64,000 nt of DNA from Eledone cirrhosa (lineage: Eukaryota): assembly GCA_964016885.1 (NCBI GenBank), contig OZ024741.1, positions 48,484,001 through 48,548,000 of the forward strand. The letters are read 5' to 3'. Positions within the stretch are counted from its first letter, which is position 1; every line of letters begins with the position of its first letter. The position numbers and the translations under genes were made by a program. The notes under the pieces were generated by a model that did no database searches, was not told the DNA's origin, and saw nothing but the letters and a program-made list of their open reading frames with translations. Positions 11,601 to 22,617 of the stretch are shown here, one piece after another.

Positions 11601-12422
11601 AAAGCTGAAGTATTTATTAGTCCTGAAGATCTTTCTTTAGGATATTGTTTTTACAAGGCAGGCTTAGAATTTGATGCCACTTTGAAGCTTTTCAGTTGCC
11701 TGTCATCCATCCACAGAAAAGGTGTAACCTATTTCTACATTTAATTATTGCATCTTGGTCTGTTTAGAGAGACTAAGTTGACATGTCTTCTTGGAGAATG
11801 TTTTTGAGGTGTCTGTTGAGGGAGACAACTCTGTCAACACTAGCTAGGGTTAGTCTAACAAGGAATATCTGATCCATGAGATGATTTATAGATAGGAACC
11901 TTAAATGGACAATGTGGCTAGGAGTTTTTCTTTTCAAATGAGAGAGAGAGAGTCCACGTGTAAGCAACATAGAACTAACATTTTAATGATATGGTTGTAT
12001 CAAAACTGCACTGATGGACACTGAAATCAGAAATTGATTTAAGGTGATAAAAGAGCTAGTTGGTTAGGGTTGCTGCCATCACCTTTGATCTGTTGTGACA
12101 GTGAGGGGACAATACAAGGTTAGAGAGGTTACTCTTCTTAAAAAATGGTGAACACTCTGGTGCTGTTCCTGTAGACTGGAGTTGATAACTAGAGGGGGGG
12201 GGGGATTGTATTTGGTGATGACAGGGACATATTTCTGGAGCACACTGTTTTGATTGTCATAGAAGCTACTCTGTCAGTAGCAATTGCTTTGTTGTGTTGG
12301 AATATCTGAAGATATTTTCACAGCTTGTGAGGGTGTATTTTGTGTTGTGAAACAGGTGGTGTTTTGCTGTGTGTAGATGTAGTATGGATTTGGTAGCAAA
12401 TGCTACTTACTAAGATATTAGC

Positions 12423-13010
12423 CTGCGAATCGGCGTTTCCCTGAGGCTTGCCTTCCGGATCTGCCAGCCACACCAATGTCGCTGCGGTTCCACCGTGGAC
12501 TCTTTCGGCCTCCACCCGCTTTCCTGTCGCCACAGTGCCGGCCGCATTCCACGCCATGCTGCCCTCAACAAGGTCATTAAGCATGGCTTGGACGCTGCAG
12601 GCTTCCCTTCCCAGCTCGAGCCGGCGGGGCTGGATTGAGGGGACGGCAAAAGGCCAGATGGCATGACCATCTTCCTGTTCCGCGGTGGCAAACCTGTCGT
12701 CTGGGATGCCACTTGCACCGACACTTTCTGCAGCCGCAACCTGGTGCAGTCTGCGACTGACCCACGTTCTGCTGCACATCGGGCTGAGGGGGCGAAACTC
12801 CTCAAATACCGGTCGCTCTCTGACAGGTTTGCAGTCGTTCCCCTGGCAGTGGAGACTTCTGGTGTCCTCGGCCCCAGGGCTACCTCCTTACTCACCACCA
12901 TAGGCGCTGAGCTGGCCAGCCGCAGGTGTGAGCGGCTTTTCCAGCACATCACCCTTGCCGTCCTCCGGGGAAACGCCTTCTCCATTCTGTCCGCCGGGGC
13001 TGTGGGTGGG
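12423..13010 (+). pseudogene. CRE-clade non-LTR retrotransposon C-terminus (CCHC finger + restriction-like endonuclease)
   Basis: [56 protein letters not shown]; in-frame TGA at 12636-12638; GC-rich against its flanks. Confidence 0.85.
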
Positions 13011-13459
13011 CCCCATCATGTACCAATACATTAGTTAAATACCATTCTTTCATCTGATACAACACAATAAAGACTAAAGTGTTTAAAAAAACATAACAAA
13101 AAAAAACTAAGATATCTTGGTTGAGGAGTGGCAAATAAGAGTATTCTGTAAAGTTAGCAGACACTTTTGGACACATCTAGTTGTTGTAGTTTAACCCTAG
13201 GTTAGCCTAGTTATGGCTACTCCATTTATTTATTTAGTACTACATTATCCAATTTGCCTTTCTCTTTTTAGGATGGCAGGGTGAGATTTCAAAAGATTTG
13301 GTTACTCCCTTTATAAGTAAGGTTGCATGACTTCAGAGAGAGGAGAGACAGATGTCTTCTGTGCAAGAAATGAAATAGTGAAATAGCTAATACTGATAGA
13401 AGGATTTGTAGAACAACAGAGGCTGGAATCTATTACAATCTATTTACAAATAAACTGTA

Positions 13460-13655
13460 ATCTGTCCCATGCTCCCCAAAACCAACCTCTTTGATGTTAC
13501 AAACTACTGACCTATTAGTCTCACTCCCAACAACTCAAAGGTGATGAGAACAGTCGTTAGCAATCATTTATTTCATCCCCCCCCCCCCCCCCCCCCCGCC
13601 ACACACACACACACATAAGTGACCAAGTGTATGGGGTTTCTGACAGGAAAATAAG
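13460..13655 (+). mobile_element. CR1/L2-group RT relic
   Basis: NY*PISLTPNNSKVM..ISDQVYG resembles NYRPISLT..KVME..QYGF. Confidence 0.45.
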
Positions 13656-13747
13656 TTGATGTCAAAACTTTATTGGTGAGGGTGATATTGATAATGACCA
13701 GGTTATGAAAATGATAATTTATAAGTTCTCACTAATATCGATAGTAA

Positions 13748-13908
13748 TAATTGTTTCTACTTTTGGCACAAGGCCAGCAATTACTGGTACTTTATTTCAT
13801 CGACCCATTAAGGATGAAAGGTAAAACTAACCTCAGCGGGATTTGAACTAAGAACGTAAAGGGTCATAACTCTCCTGTAAAGCATGGTGTCTGATACTGC
13901 CAATCCAC
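13748..13908 (-). mobile_element. SINE family A
   Basis: Match to family A with internal deletions. Confidence 0.82.
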
Positions 13909-14189
13909 AATGATAGTTATTAATTAATATTGGTTCAGGGCTGAAAGTTTGAAGGGAGCACAGTTAATTGACCCTTTCAATAGAAGCCCACCTGAGACTA
14001 TCATTACTAAAGTGTTGATATTTAATTTAAAATCTCAACACAGTCTCATTATAACATGAGATTTCAGCTAGTCATTACCAGCCATAATATAATAATAATG
14101 GAAATTATTGTGTACAGTGCTCAGGTGCACAACTCATCAAAGGTGCATGTATAGTATATAGAATAAATAATGTACAAAAGTCAAGTGTC

Positions 14190-14500
14190 ATGACACACAC
14201 ACTAACACACACATACACACACACACACTAACACACACACACACACACACACACTAACACACATACACACACATACACACACACTCACTCACACACACAC
14301 ACACTCACTCACACACACACACACTCACTTTCTCTCTCATGCACACACTCACATACACTCTTACATCCACACACTAACACACACATACATACTCTTACCC
14401 CCCCCCACACACACACACATACAAACATATATACACACACACTCACTCTCATACACACAAACTCTCACACACACACACAAACACATTTACTCATACATAA
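14190..14500. repeat. Compound (CA)n microsatellite
   Basis: Direct inspection. Confidence 0.95.
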
Positions 14501-15639
14501 TATATATATGAGAAGCACTTCAGATATAAAACATTATCCTGGAAAGTGAAAAATCTGTTTATCAAGTGTTTTAAATATAGTGAACACCATAGAAACATAT
14601 GAGAACTTGAAGAGACAGAGACAGAAATGGGTTAAAAACATTTTAACTAAATGACATTTGTTAACATTTTAATAGCTTGGTTGGAAAAGAGTCTATAAAA
14701 GAAGACTTAGTTGGCTTAACAATTATATAGCTTCAAAGTAAGATATGGGATAATAATTAAGTTTGTTAAAAATGTGTCAAAAATTACCACCCACTCTCAA
14801 GTTTATGCATGGCATAGTGATAAAATGTAATGTCTGGAGAATTGAAGAAGTGTAGGCCAATGTAAAAATATGATGAGATGAGAGTAAAAAGGGTTGAAGT
14901 GTCCTATAGATGACAGTAAAGAGGGGGAAATGTTATTTGTGTAGTATGGTGATGTAATTGAGGTAGGAGTATATAAAAGAAAAATGAAGAAAGCAACAAG
15001 TGTATATAAATCATCTAAACTATAATAAAGGAAGTTATAATAAAAGAACATCTAGGAATGTGGAAAGGCTTGAAAATTGGATTGATAGATTTAATAGAGT
15101 GGAAAGTAAGTTTAATATTTTGTCAATGTTGTACTTGTTGATTGTAGTAGAACTGTGAGAGGAGTTTTGTAGAATGAAGTAGAGAGAAGTGTGTGTGTGT
15201 GTGAAATGACACTATGCACTCTTTAGAGGGTCAAACACTAAGGGTCAAATACTTTTAAAATCTGATCTTATCAAATAAGAATACTAGCAAACATTTATTT
15301 CATTGGACATGTCAGTACATGAATGTACATGCCTGTCACTTCCCCACCCCAATCATCAGAGTATTTAAATAGGGCTACTTTTAATAAAGCTTTAAGAATG
15401 AACAAATGAAAGTGATTGTTTTTATAAGCTTATATATTTATTCTTTAAATCCCTATATGGATCATTGAAGAAATATTTTTTATTTGTCTTTTAAATTTCA
15501 TTGAGGTCATTGAGGCACATCTAACCTCTAAATATTGAAATAACTCAGTAACTTAAATGGGTTTTCCAAAAGTTAACTGTTCCTGCAAAATCCTGGCTAC
15601 TTCATCATAGGCAATTGTGTCTATATTTTGGATTTTCTC

Positions 15640-15885
15640 CAAATATTGGTCGTTCTCCAACAGGTTTGCAGTTGAGCCCGTAGCAGTGGAGACTCTTGGT
15701 GTCTTTGGCCCTAGGACCACCTCCCTACTCACCATTATTGGCATGGAGTTGGCTACCTGCAGGTGTGAGCCTCGTGATCTGGATTGGCTCTTCCAACGTG
15801 TCTCCTTCACCATCCTGTGGGGAAACATCTCTTCTATTCTGTCCGCCAGGGCCGTAGAGTGGAGCGGCCAGCGCGTGGGCCCCCA
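15640..15885 (+). pseudogene. Second CRE-clade RLE fragment
   Basis: KYWSFSNRFAVEPVAVETLGVFGPRTTSLLTIIG..WLFQRVSFTILWGN, homologous to 12803-13010. Confidence 0.8.
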
Positions 15886-16009
15886 TTTGCTCATAATAGT
15901 TAGAGATGGGGAGAGAGACGGAGGCAGTGACAGTGGGAATTTCATTCTATTATGTTCAGTCCCCGTTAGGAACTTTTTATTTGATAGAACTTGTAAATAG
16001 AAACAATCT

Positions 16010-16201
16010 AAATTACTACTAGCCAAAACTCTTCATATCTCCTTTTCAATATGTAAAAAGTGTTGTCAATTGAGTAGACTATGCTTTGCCGATATGGTTC
16101 AATAAGGCTGAAACATGTCAGTGGCTGTCCTATTAACTACAAACAAAGATCATATTTTCCTCTACCATGTAAATTAATTTTGTCAAATTAATCTTTAATT
16201 T
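16010..16201 (+). repeat. About 190-bp repeat with degenerate hammerhead, inverted partner at 18532-18716
   Basis: Reverse-complement match; contains GGCT-GAA-ACATGT-C. Confidence 0.75.
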
Positions 16202-16337
16202 GCCTCACTAATTTTAAATGACTGATTTTGATTTATAATTCTGTATAATCAGGACTAACTTGTTTTGAGCTCTGATACTACACATCTATGTATGAAAGAT
16301 TTTCTTCTGTACTTTACTGGATAGTTGTTTAGTTTTC

Positions 16338-16596
16338 ATCACCATCACCCTCTTCACCATCACCACCATCACCATCACCATCATCACCATCATCATCACC
16401 ACCATCACCACCATCACCACCATCATTACCATCACCCTCATCATCATCACCACCACCATCACCATCATTACCATCACCCTCATCATCATCACCACCATCA
16501 TCACCACCACCACCATCATTACCATGACCCTCATCATCACCATCACCACCACAACCATCATTACCATCACCCCCATCACCACCACAACCACCATCA
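16338..16596. repeat. (CAC/CAT)n trinucleotide tract, expanded tail of a family B SINE fragment (16594-16830, minus)
   Basis: Followed by cccatgctagcatgggtt..tgcccttcctaatgcca. Confidence 0.85.
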
Positions 16597-16879
16597 CTGT
16601 TTTACGCCTATTTAACCCATGCTAGCATGGGTTAAATAGTTTGTCACATCTCTGAATGTGACTGGACTGGTGACTATGCTTTGCTCATATGTTATATTTT
16701 GGTATGGTTTCTGTGACTGAATGCCCTTCCTAATGCCATTCCCTTTATAGCATGTACTTGGTGCATCTTATTGTGGCCCCAGCACTACCCCCTTACCCTG
16801 GTGGACAGGATGCTTTTTATCATAGCACCAACACTATCACTCTACAGACTGGGGTGGTTGTATTTTATTGTGGCTCTAG

Positions 16880-17035
16880 TAAGTTGTTGATAAATTCCCA
16901 GTGAACCATGAGCTTGGCTGGTCTCGGTTGGGGATCCAGCCGGATCAGTTGGAGACGGTTGCTTGTGACAGGACCTGCTGGAAGGAGTGTTTGAGGACTG
17001 CCCCCACGGCCCTCTCAAGGAAAGAAGAAGAACCA
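16880..17035 (+). mobile_element. Rex3/Expander-like RTE 3' end
   Basis: HELGWSRLGIQPDQLETVACDRTCWKECLRT. Confidence 0.75.
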
Positions 17036-18531
17036 GAAGGGTACATTGTAGAGACACAATTTGATAGACAATATTCAACTCACTCCATTTTAGTCACATC
17101 TCTCCCTGCCTCTCAAATGTCAATGTTTCACTGTCATACAACAACAACAACACCATAGCTTTATCTAAAACTGTGCTGTTATTGTGTAAGCAAATGTTAA
17201 GAAATGTAGAAAAATAAATATTGTACTTTTACTCCTACTTGTAGAGAAGCTCAAAACTCTTGCTTCCAGGACACAGAAGTTCAACAGAAAGAATTTAACT
17301 TTTGTTCAATACATTATTTTTAGTTACTCCTGGGTCCCAAATAATAGGGAGGTCGTGGGGTGGAATAAGCAGGTGAGGGGGGGGGGGGACTTGGAATAAG
17401 TAGGAGATAGGTCATTTTTCTAGGTTGACTCTTTCTCTCTCACCCCTCTGTCTCTCCCTCCACTCTCGCCCTCTCTCTTTCCCATCTCTCTCCCACCCCA
17501 CTCTTCCCCTCCCATCCTATTCCTCTCTTCCCCCACCTCTCCTCTCTCCATCTGAATATTATTTAGATTACCATGACTTGTTTGTTTAAATATATAAATG
17601 AGCAAACAGCCTCCTCCAAAAGACAATGTTCAAGAGAGAACAAGACTGTCTACAGGCCCTGGGGAGGTGGCAAGACAGCTCCTCTCACAATTCAAAGGAA
17701 CAGAGAGATTTCTTTTGAAAGTGATGTCAAATAATCCTTGATACTCTTGGCACCAGAGAAATGTACCAACAAACAGAATTATTTCAATAAAAGAAAGTCT
17801 GTTAATGTTGAAGAAATGACCAACCAACATTTTAATTAAAATAATTTCTGGTTTGATTTCCTTTTGTTTTAATTAAATAAAAACAATTTTGTCAAAACAA
17901 AAGAAAGGAATAGTTTTGAAACGAAAGACAAACACATTTTAATGAAATCAAATTTCATTAAAAATCAAATTTACTGAATAGAAGCATTTATTTTAAGCAT
18001 GCAATTTTATTTAGTGTTAATCACAGTTGTATCAATAACATTACAAATTGTTTATAGTTCATACAGAATGAAAATATAAACACAGATATAAACATATATA
18101 ATAAATACAATTAATTATTGCTAGGAACCTCACAAATATAATACACAAAAATATCTGATCAAAGTGAGAGAAAAAGAATAGGAAAGAAGAAAAAACAACC
18201 ATCAATTCACCCAATAAGTGTAGCAATAGGCTGCACTTCACAAGGGGCAACAGAATATTTTGAGGCAAGCCAATACGCTGGCAGCATTATCATGGATTAT
18301 GGCAAGACTAAGGTGCTGAAACAACCAAGCACCTTCACAGGTATCACCTGACACTTCAGTAAGGTGAGCCACCAACAATAACAAGAGCATGCTATATTGT
18401 ATAAGCCATTGTAGACGTATATTTATTCAAGCAACAAGCAGAAACAAGATTGCCTTTTGTCAGGAGATATATTATGGATAATTTTCACAGATTTTAGTTT
18501 CTAAATCAGTAATACCACTGATAACTTTAAG

Positions 18532-18716
18532 AAATTGAAGATTAATCTGACAAAATTAATTTACATGGTAGAGGAAAATATCTTTGTAGTTAATAGGACA
18601 GATACTGACATGTTTCAGCCTTATTGTACCATTTCAGCAAAGTATAGTCTACTCAATTGACAAGACTTTTTATGTATTGAAAAGGAGATATGAAGAGGTA
18701 TGGCTAGTAGTAATTT
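18532..18716 (-). repeat. Inverted partner of 16010-16201
   Basis: Reverse-complement match; minus CTGAAAT-GGTACAATAAGGCT-GAA-ACATGT-C. Confidence 0.75.
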
Positions 18717-18949
18717 GCAGGATTAAAATAAATTAAAAAAATTGATCTAAGGGAAATAAAGTGAAGTTGTTTTTACTTCTTAAGTCTGACAGAAGGTATA
18801 ATGGCCATGGCTTTCACATCCCCTCACTGGAAAGATTGTTGATGTAATAATGGAAGAAGAGGTATGAGGAGGGAATAACATGTCTGTGGATCAGCATCAG
18901 TGACTTTACTCTGATTAGCTTACTGGGTAATAACCAAAAGAATACTATT

Positions 18950-19265
18950 GTGAATACAAGCAGCCAAAATGGGGTTCCTCCGAAGGGTCTTCGGAGTAAT
19001 GTTACTTTATAGAAGGCATAGTTTGGAGATCAGAGAGTCACTCCAGGTAGAGCTGCTACTTCTCCGAATTGAGAGATCATATCTCCAATACTATGGTAGA
19101 CCCCGAGCAAGATGGTTGGATAACATCCATGAGCTTAGCTGGTCTCGCTGGGGATCTAGCCAGATCAGTTGAATATGGTTGCTTATGATAGGACCCACAC
19201 TGGAAGGAGTGTTTGAGGACTCTGCCCCATGACCCTCTCAGGAATATGTGGGCAAAATAGAAGGA
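18950..19265 (+). mobile_element. Rex3/Expander-like RTE 3' fragment with internal deletion
   Basis: IQAAKMGFLRRVFG..IRESLQVELLLLRIERS..RPRARWLDNIHELSWSR. Confidence 0.8.
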
Positions 19266-19567
19266 GCTTCATGGTATTTTTCTGGGTGCTGTAACAAAAA
19301 CCTATCAGTAATTGTTAGTGACTCTCACAGGAAAGAGGAGATAATTTTTAAAAAAACTGGAAATTATTGGTGGCAGAGAAATAGAAAATAACAATTAACA
19401 CTAGAGTTTTGTTTTCTTTCTCCAACTAAGAGGGAAATTTCAATTAAGTGAGAATGTTTTGCTTAATGTCATTCAGTATATCACCTCTTAACTTATTAGA
19501 ATTGTCCCTGCTGGTCTGTTATGGCAGCTTCAATTCTATTATTCATAACTGGCAACACATACTGACA

Positions 19568-19763
19568 TTAAGGTATTGTTCTCAAAATAAATATCATCAA
19601 AATCTCAGATTCCATATGTGAGATAAAGCCTTTTGCCATGAAAATATAATGGTATATATAGAGTAATGTAAATGGTAAAGGGTTAAAGGAGGGACATTTT
19701 GTCATGAAAATATAATAGCATATATAGAGTAATGTAAATGGTAAAGGGTTAAAGGAGGGACAT
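19568..19763 (+). mobile_element. piggyBac-like MITE right half with 66-bp tandem duplication of the terminus
   Basis: Matches 44748-44883; ggtaaagggttaa at 19674 and 19740. Confidence 0.6.
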
Positions 19764-19807
19764 AAGCAAAATAAGTGAAACGGATTCAAATTAGAAATAA
19801 AATAATA

Positions 19808-19986
19808 GTTTCTACTTTTGGCACAAGACCAGCCATTACCCCAGTGCATTACTGGTACTTTATTTTATCAACCCCGTAAAGATGAAAGGCAAAGCTAATC
19901 TCGGTGGGATTTGAACGTAAAGGGCCGTAACTCTATGCTGCAAAGCGTGTTGTCTGGTGCTCTAGGGATACTGCCAATCCACCACC
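19808..19986 (-). mobile_element. SINE family A with perfect TSD
   Basis: 16-bp TSD tagaaataaaataata at 19792-19807 and 19988-20003. Confidence 0.9.
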
Positions 19987-20249
19987 ATAGAAATAAAATA
20001 ATATTGTGGTCTTGTTTCACTGAGAAGTCACTAAAAATGACAGGTATTGTCATTGCCTGTACTAGATTGTTTTGAAACACTAATTGTATCAACAGATTTG
20101 GAAGGGGAGATGTCAGGTAGTAAGACATCCTCAAGTTTTAACTTTTCAGATCTTACACTAGGAAGGACTGAATCTACGTATGTATGTGTGTACACACATG
20201 CCAGTTTGTATATCCTTTTCAGTAGGAAATGTACTCACACAAACACTCA

Positions 20250-20640
20250 TACAACACACCACACACACATATTCAGATACTCACACACAACACACATGCA
20301 CCACACACACACCACACACTCACACGCACATCACACTCACCACACACACACTCGGACACACCACATACACACTCACACAAACGCTACACCCACCCACCAC
20401 ACACACACACAACACTCACACTCATGCATACTACACACACACCACATAGCACACACCACATAGCACATAGCACATGCCACACAGCACACGCCACACAGCA
20501 TACGCCACACAGCACACGCCACACACCACACAACACACTCCACACAACACACACCACACAACACAACACACACCACACACCACAACACACACCCACCCAC
20601 ACACTACACTCACACACCACTCACAAACATACACACATGT
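20250..20640. repeat. Compound CA-rich microsatellite
   Basis: Direct inspection. Confidence 0.95.
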
Positions 20641-20881
20641 ATATATACACATGTGAAAAGTCAGCAATGACAACAACACACGAGAACAATACATTACAAT
20701 GATGATATATATTAGTTTAACACTTGATATAGTAGGGAAAGAGTCTTAATATTTCACACATTAGTCCTTCATCAGATATGAAGGATAGAAGGAAAGAAAA
20801 GAAGTAGAAGAGTAGACAAGACTAAGAAAAAGAAGAAAGACAAGAAATGTGCATGTATGTTTAGTCAATCATTTTGGTATA

Positions 20882-21315
20882 TCATCATCACCGTTTTATG
20901 TCCGTTCTTCCATACCTAGCATGGGTTAGACGAGTTATCCTGTTGTGGGCAATGTCCGGTCGACTGACCTCTTGCTCATACAGGAACTGATTCTGGCTTG
21001 ATTTATACAGCTGGATGCCCTTCCTAACACCAACCTCATTTACAGTGAGTGCTGGGTGCTTTTTTTCCGTCGCGCCTACATGTCCACTTTACAGTGTGGG
21101 CTGGGTGCTTTTTTGCCGTGGCACCTCCACAACCACTTTGCAGTGGAATGATAGGGACTCTAGTCCTATCATCTCATTTCTACAGCTGAGTAAACTGGAG
21201 CAATGTGAAATAAAGTGTCTTGCTCAAGAAAACAACACATCACCTGGTCTGAGAATTGAACTCACAACCTTTCAATTGCAAGCCCAATGCTCTAACCACT
21301 AAGCCATGTGCCTTC
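20882..21315 (-). mobile_element. SINE family B (tRNA head, CORE-like body, RTE-type tail), full length
   Basis: Co-linear with 44031-44420; carries one extra about 45-bp internal module. Confidence 0.9.
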
Positions 21316-21554
21316 ACATATATGTATATATTATAAAGTGACGGGACCCCAATATTTGAGCTCTTGCTAAACTGATTGCCAAAGGTCTTGGTGGTTAACT
21401 GGCTGTATCATCAGGAGGTGTGGTTTATCCAAATAAAGGCATACATGATTTATATATATATTTATATATTTGGTATAGATTTTCTCCCTCTCTCTATATA
21501 TATATAATATGGAAAACGAAGAATCAGTGATGCATCGGAACGCAATTTATTAAT

Positions 21555-21643
21555 GTATTACAACTGTTTCTCCGGCGAACAGCTCGAGGTGCGATCTATT
21601 TGTGGATCGAACCTGACTCTGGATTCGCAAGTTCCTCAGATAC
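21555..21643 (-). ncRNA. Type-I hammerhead motif with long stem II
   Basis: GTAT-CTGAGGA-[stem II including GCGAA/TTCGC and CGATC/GATCG]-GAA-ACAGTTGT-A-ATAC, followed by aataaa. Confidence 0.65.
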
Positions 21644-21687
21644 GTCTAGTGACTTCGAAGCAAATCCTCTGTCATTATTATAATCTG

Positions 21688-21933
21688 GCCACGAGGTTAA
21701 CTTTGCCTTTCATCCTTACGGGGTCGATAAAATAAAGTACCAGTAATGTACTGGGTAATTGCTGGCCTTGTACCAAAAGTAGAAACAATTATTATAATCT
21801 GGCCCTTTATGATCTGATTTCAAATCCCGCTGAGGTTAACTTTGCCTTTCATCCTTATGGGGTCGATAAAATAAAGCACCAGTAATACACTGGGATAATT
21901 GCTGGCCCTGTGCCAAAATTAGAAACAATTATT
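21688..21933 (+). mobile_element. Two tandem 5'-truncated SINE family A copies
   Basis: Repeated body; attattataatctggcc junction duplication. Confidence 0.85.
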
Positions 21934-22022
21934 ATACTCTGCTCCGTAGGAGCATAGAGTGCTCAACTGGCATACCGCCTATGGACGCATCCAAGCAACC
22001 TTACTACAAATATATATATATA

Positions 22023-22222
22023 TCACCTTGATCACCTTAACCGACCAGTCTGTCGAGCGTCCACTCAGCGCCGCTGGTCACAGCACGCCGTCCATTCCTC
22101 TCTGGATTGTGCTTTCCTCATCCATGTATTCCCAATCGTATTCTTAAAATCGTAACTCCACCCTCGTGGAGGCCTTCCGAGTGGTCGTTTCCGCTCACGC
22201 AGGTCCCACTCGGCAACTGAAT
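22023..22222 (-). mobile_element. Other RTE-group LINE 3' end fragment
   Basis: VAEWDLRERKRPLGRPPRGWSYDFKNTIGNTWMRKAQSREEW with short ggtgatcaa tail repeats. Confidence 0.7.
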
Positions 22223-22617
22223 CCCATACATTAAATATATATATATATATATATATATTTAATGTATGGGATTCAGTGAATTACTAATGGAGGTATCGAA
22301 AACAAGCACTCAATGCAGAAGCAGTGTGCATAGCTCTGCCTATGCATGCAAACACATACATACGCCCACCTACACAAACAAAATAGGGCTGATGCTTATA
22401 TATATCCATCATCTCATAAATCATAACAAACACTGTATTTTTTTGGTGAATTGCCAGTCTGAGGAGCAGATCTATAATGGAGACGGGTCCATCTATGGGG
22501 TGACTCTGAGCCAATCCTCTGTGACACTCCCATAACAGGTCGATACACAGTAAAAAACTAAATATATGTAAATGAAACTTCATCATTTTTCTTTATATAT
22601 ATATATATATATATATA

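Noticed and set aside
16286-16615. Poly-His / poly-Met-Val ORFs (and the Asp-rich ORF at 51395-51691)
   Set aside because: Trinucleotide repeats; the first is the expanded tail of a SINE.
17567-17734. Possible terminal exon ITMTCLFKYINEQ..YRPWGGGKT..FESDVK* with downstream AATAAA
   Set aside because: No recognisable homology and no supportable upstream exon; needs RNA-seq.
20744-20779. Minus-strand CTGATGA-aggactaatgtgt-GAAA as a functional hammerhead
   Set aside because: Stems II and III are broken; counted only as a probable relic.
22455-22545. Hammerhead-like CTGAGGA-GCAGA..TCTGT-GACA
   Set aside because: GAAA is GACA and stems I and III do not pair convincingly; at best a decayed relic.
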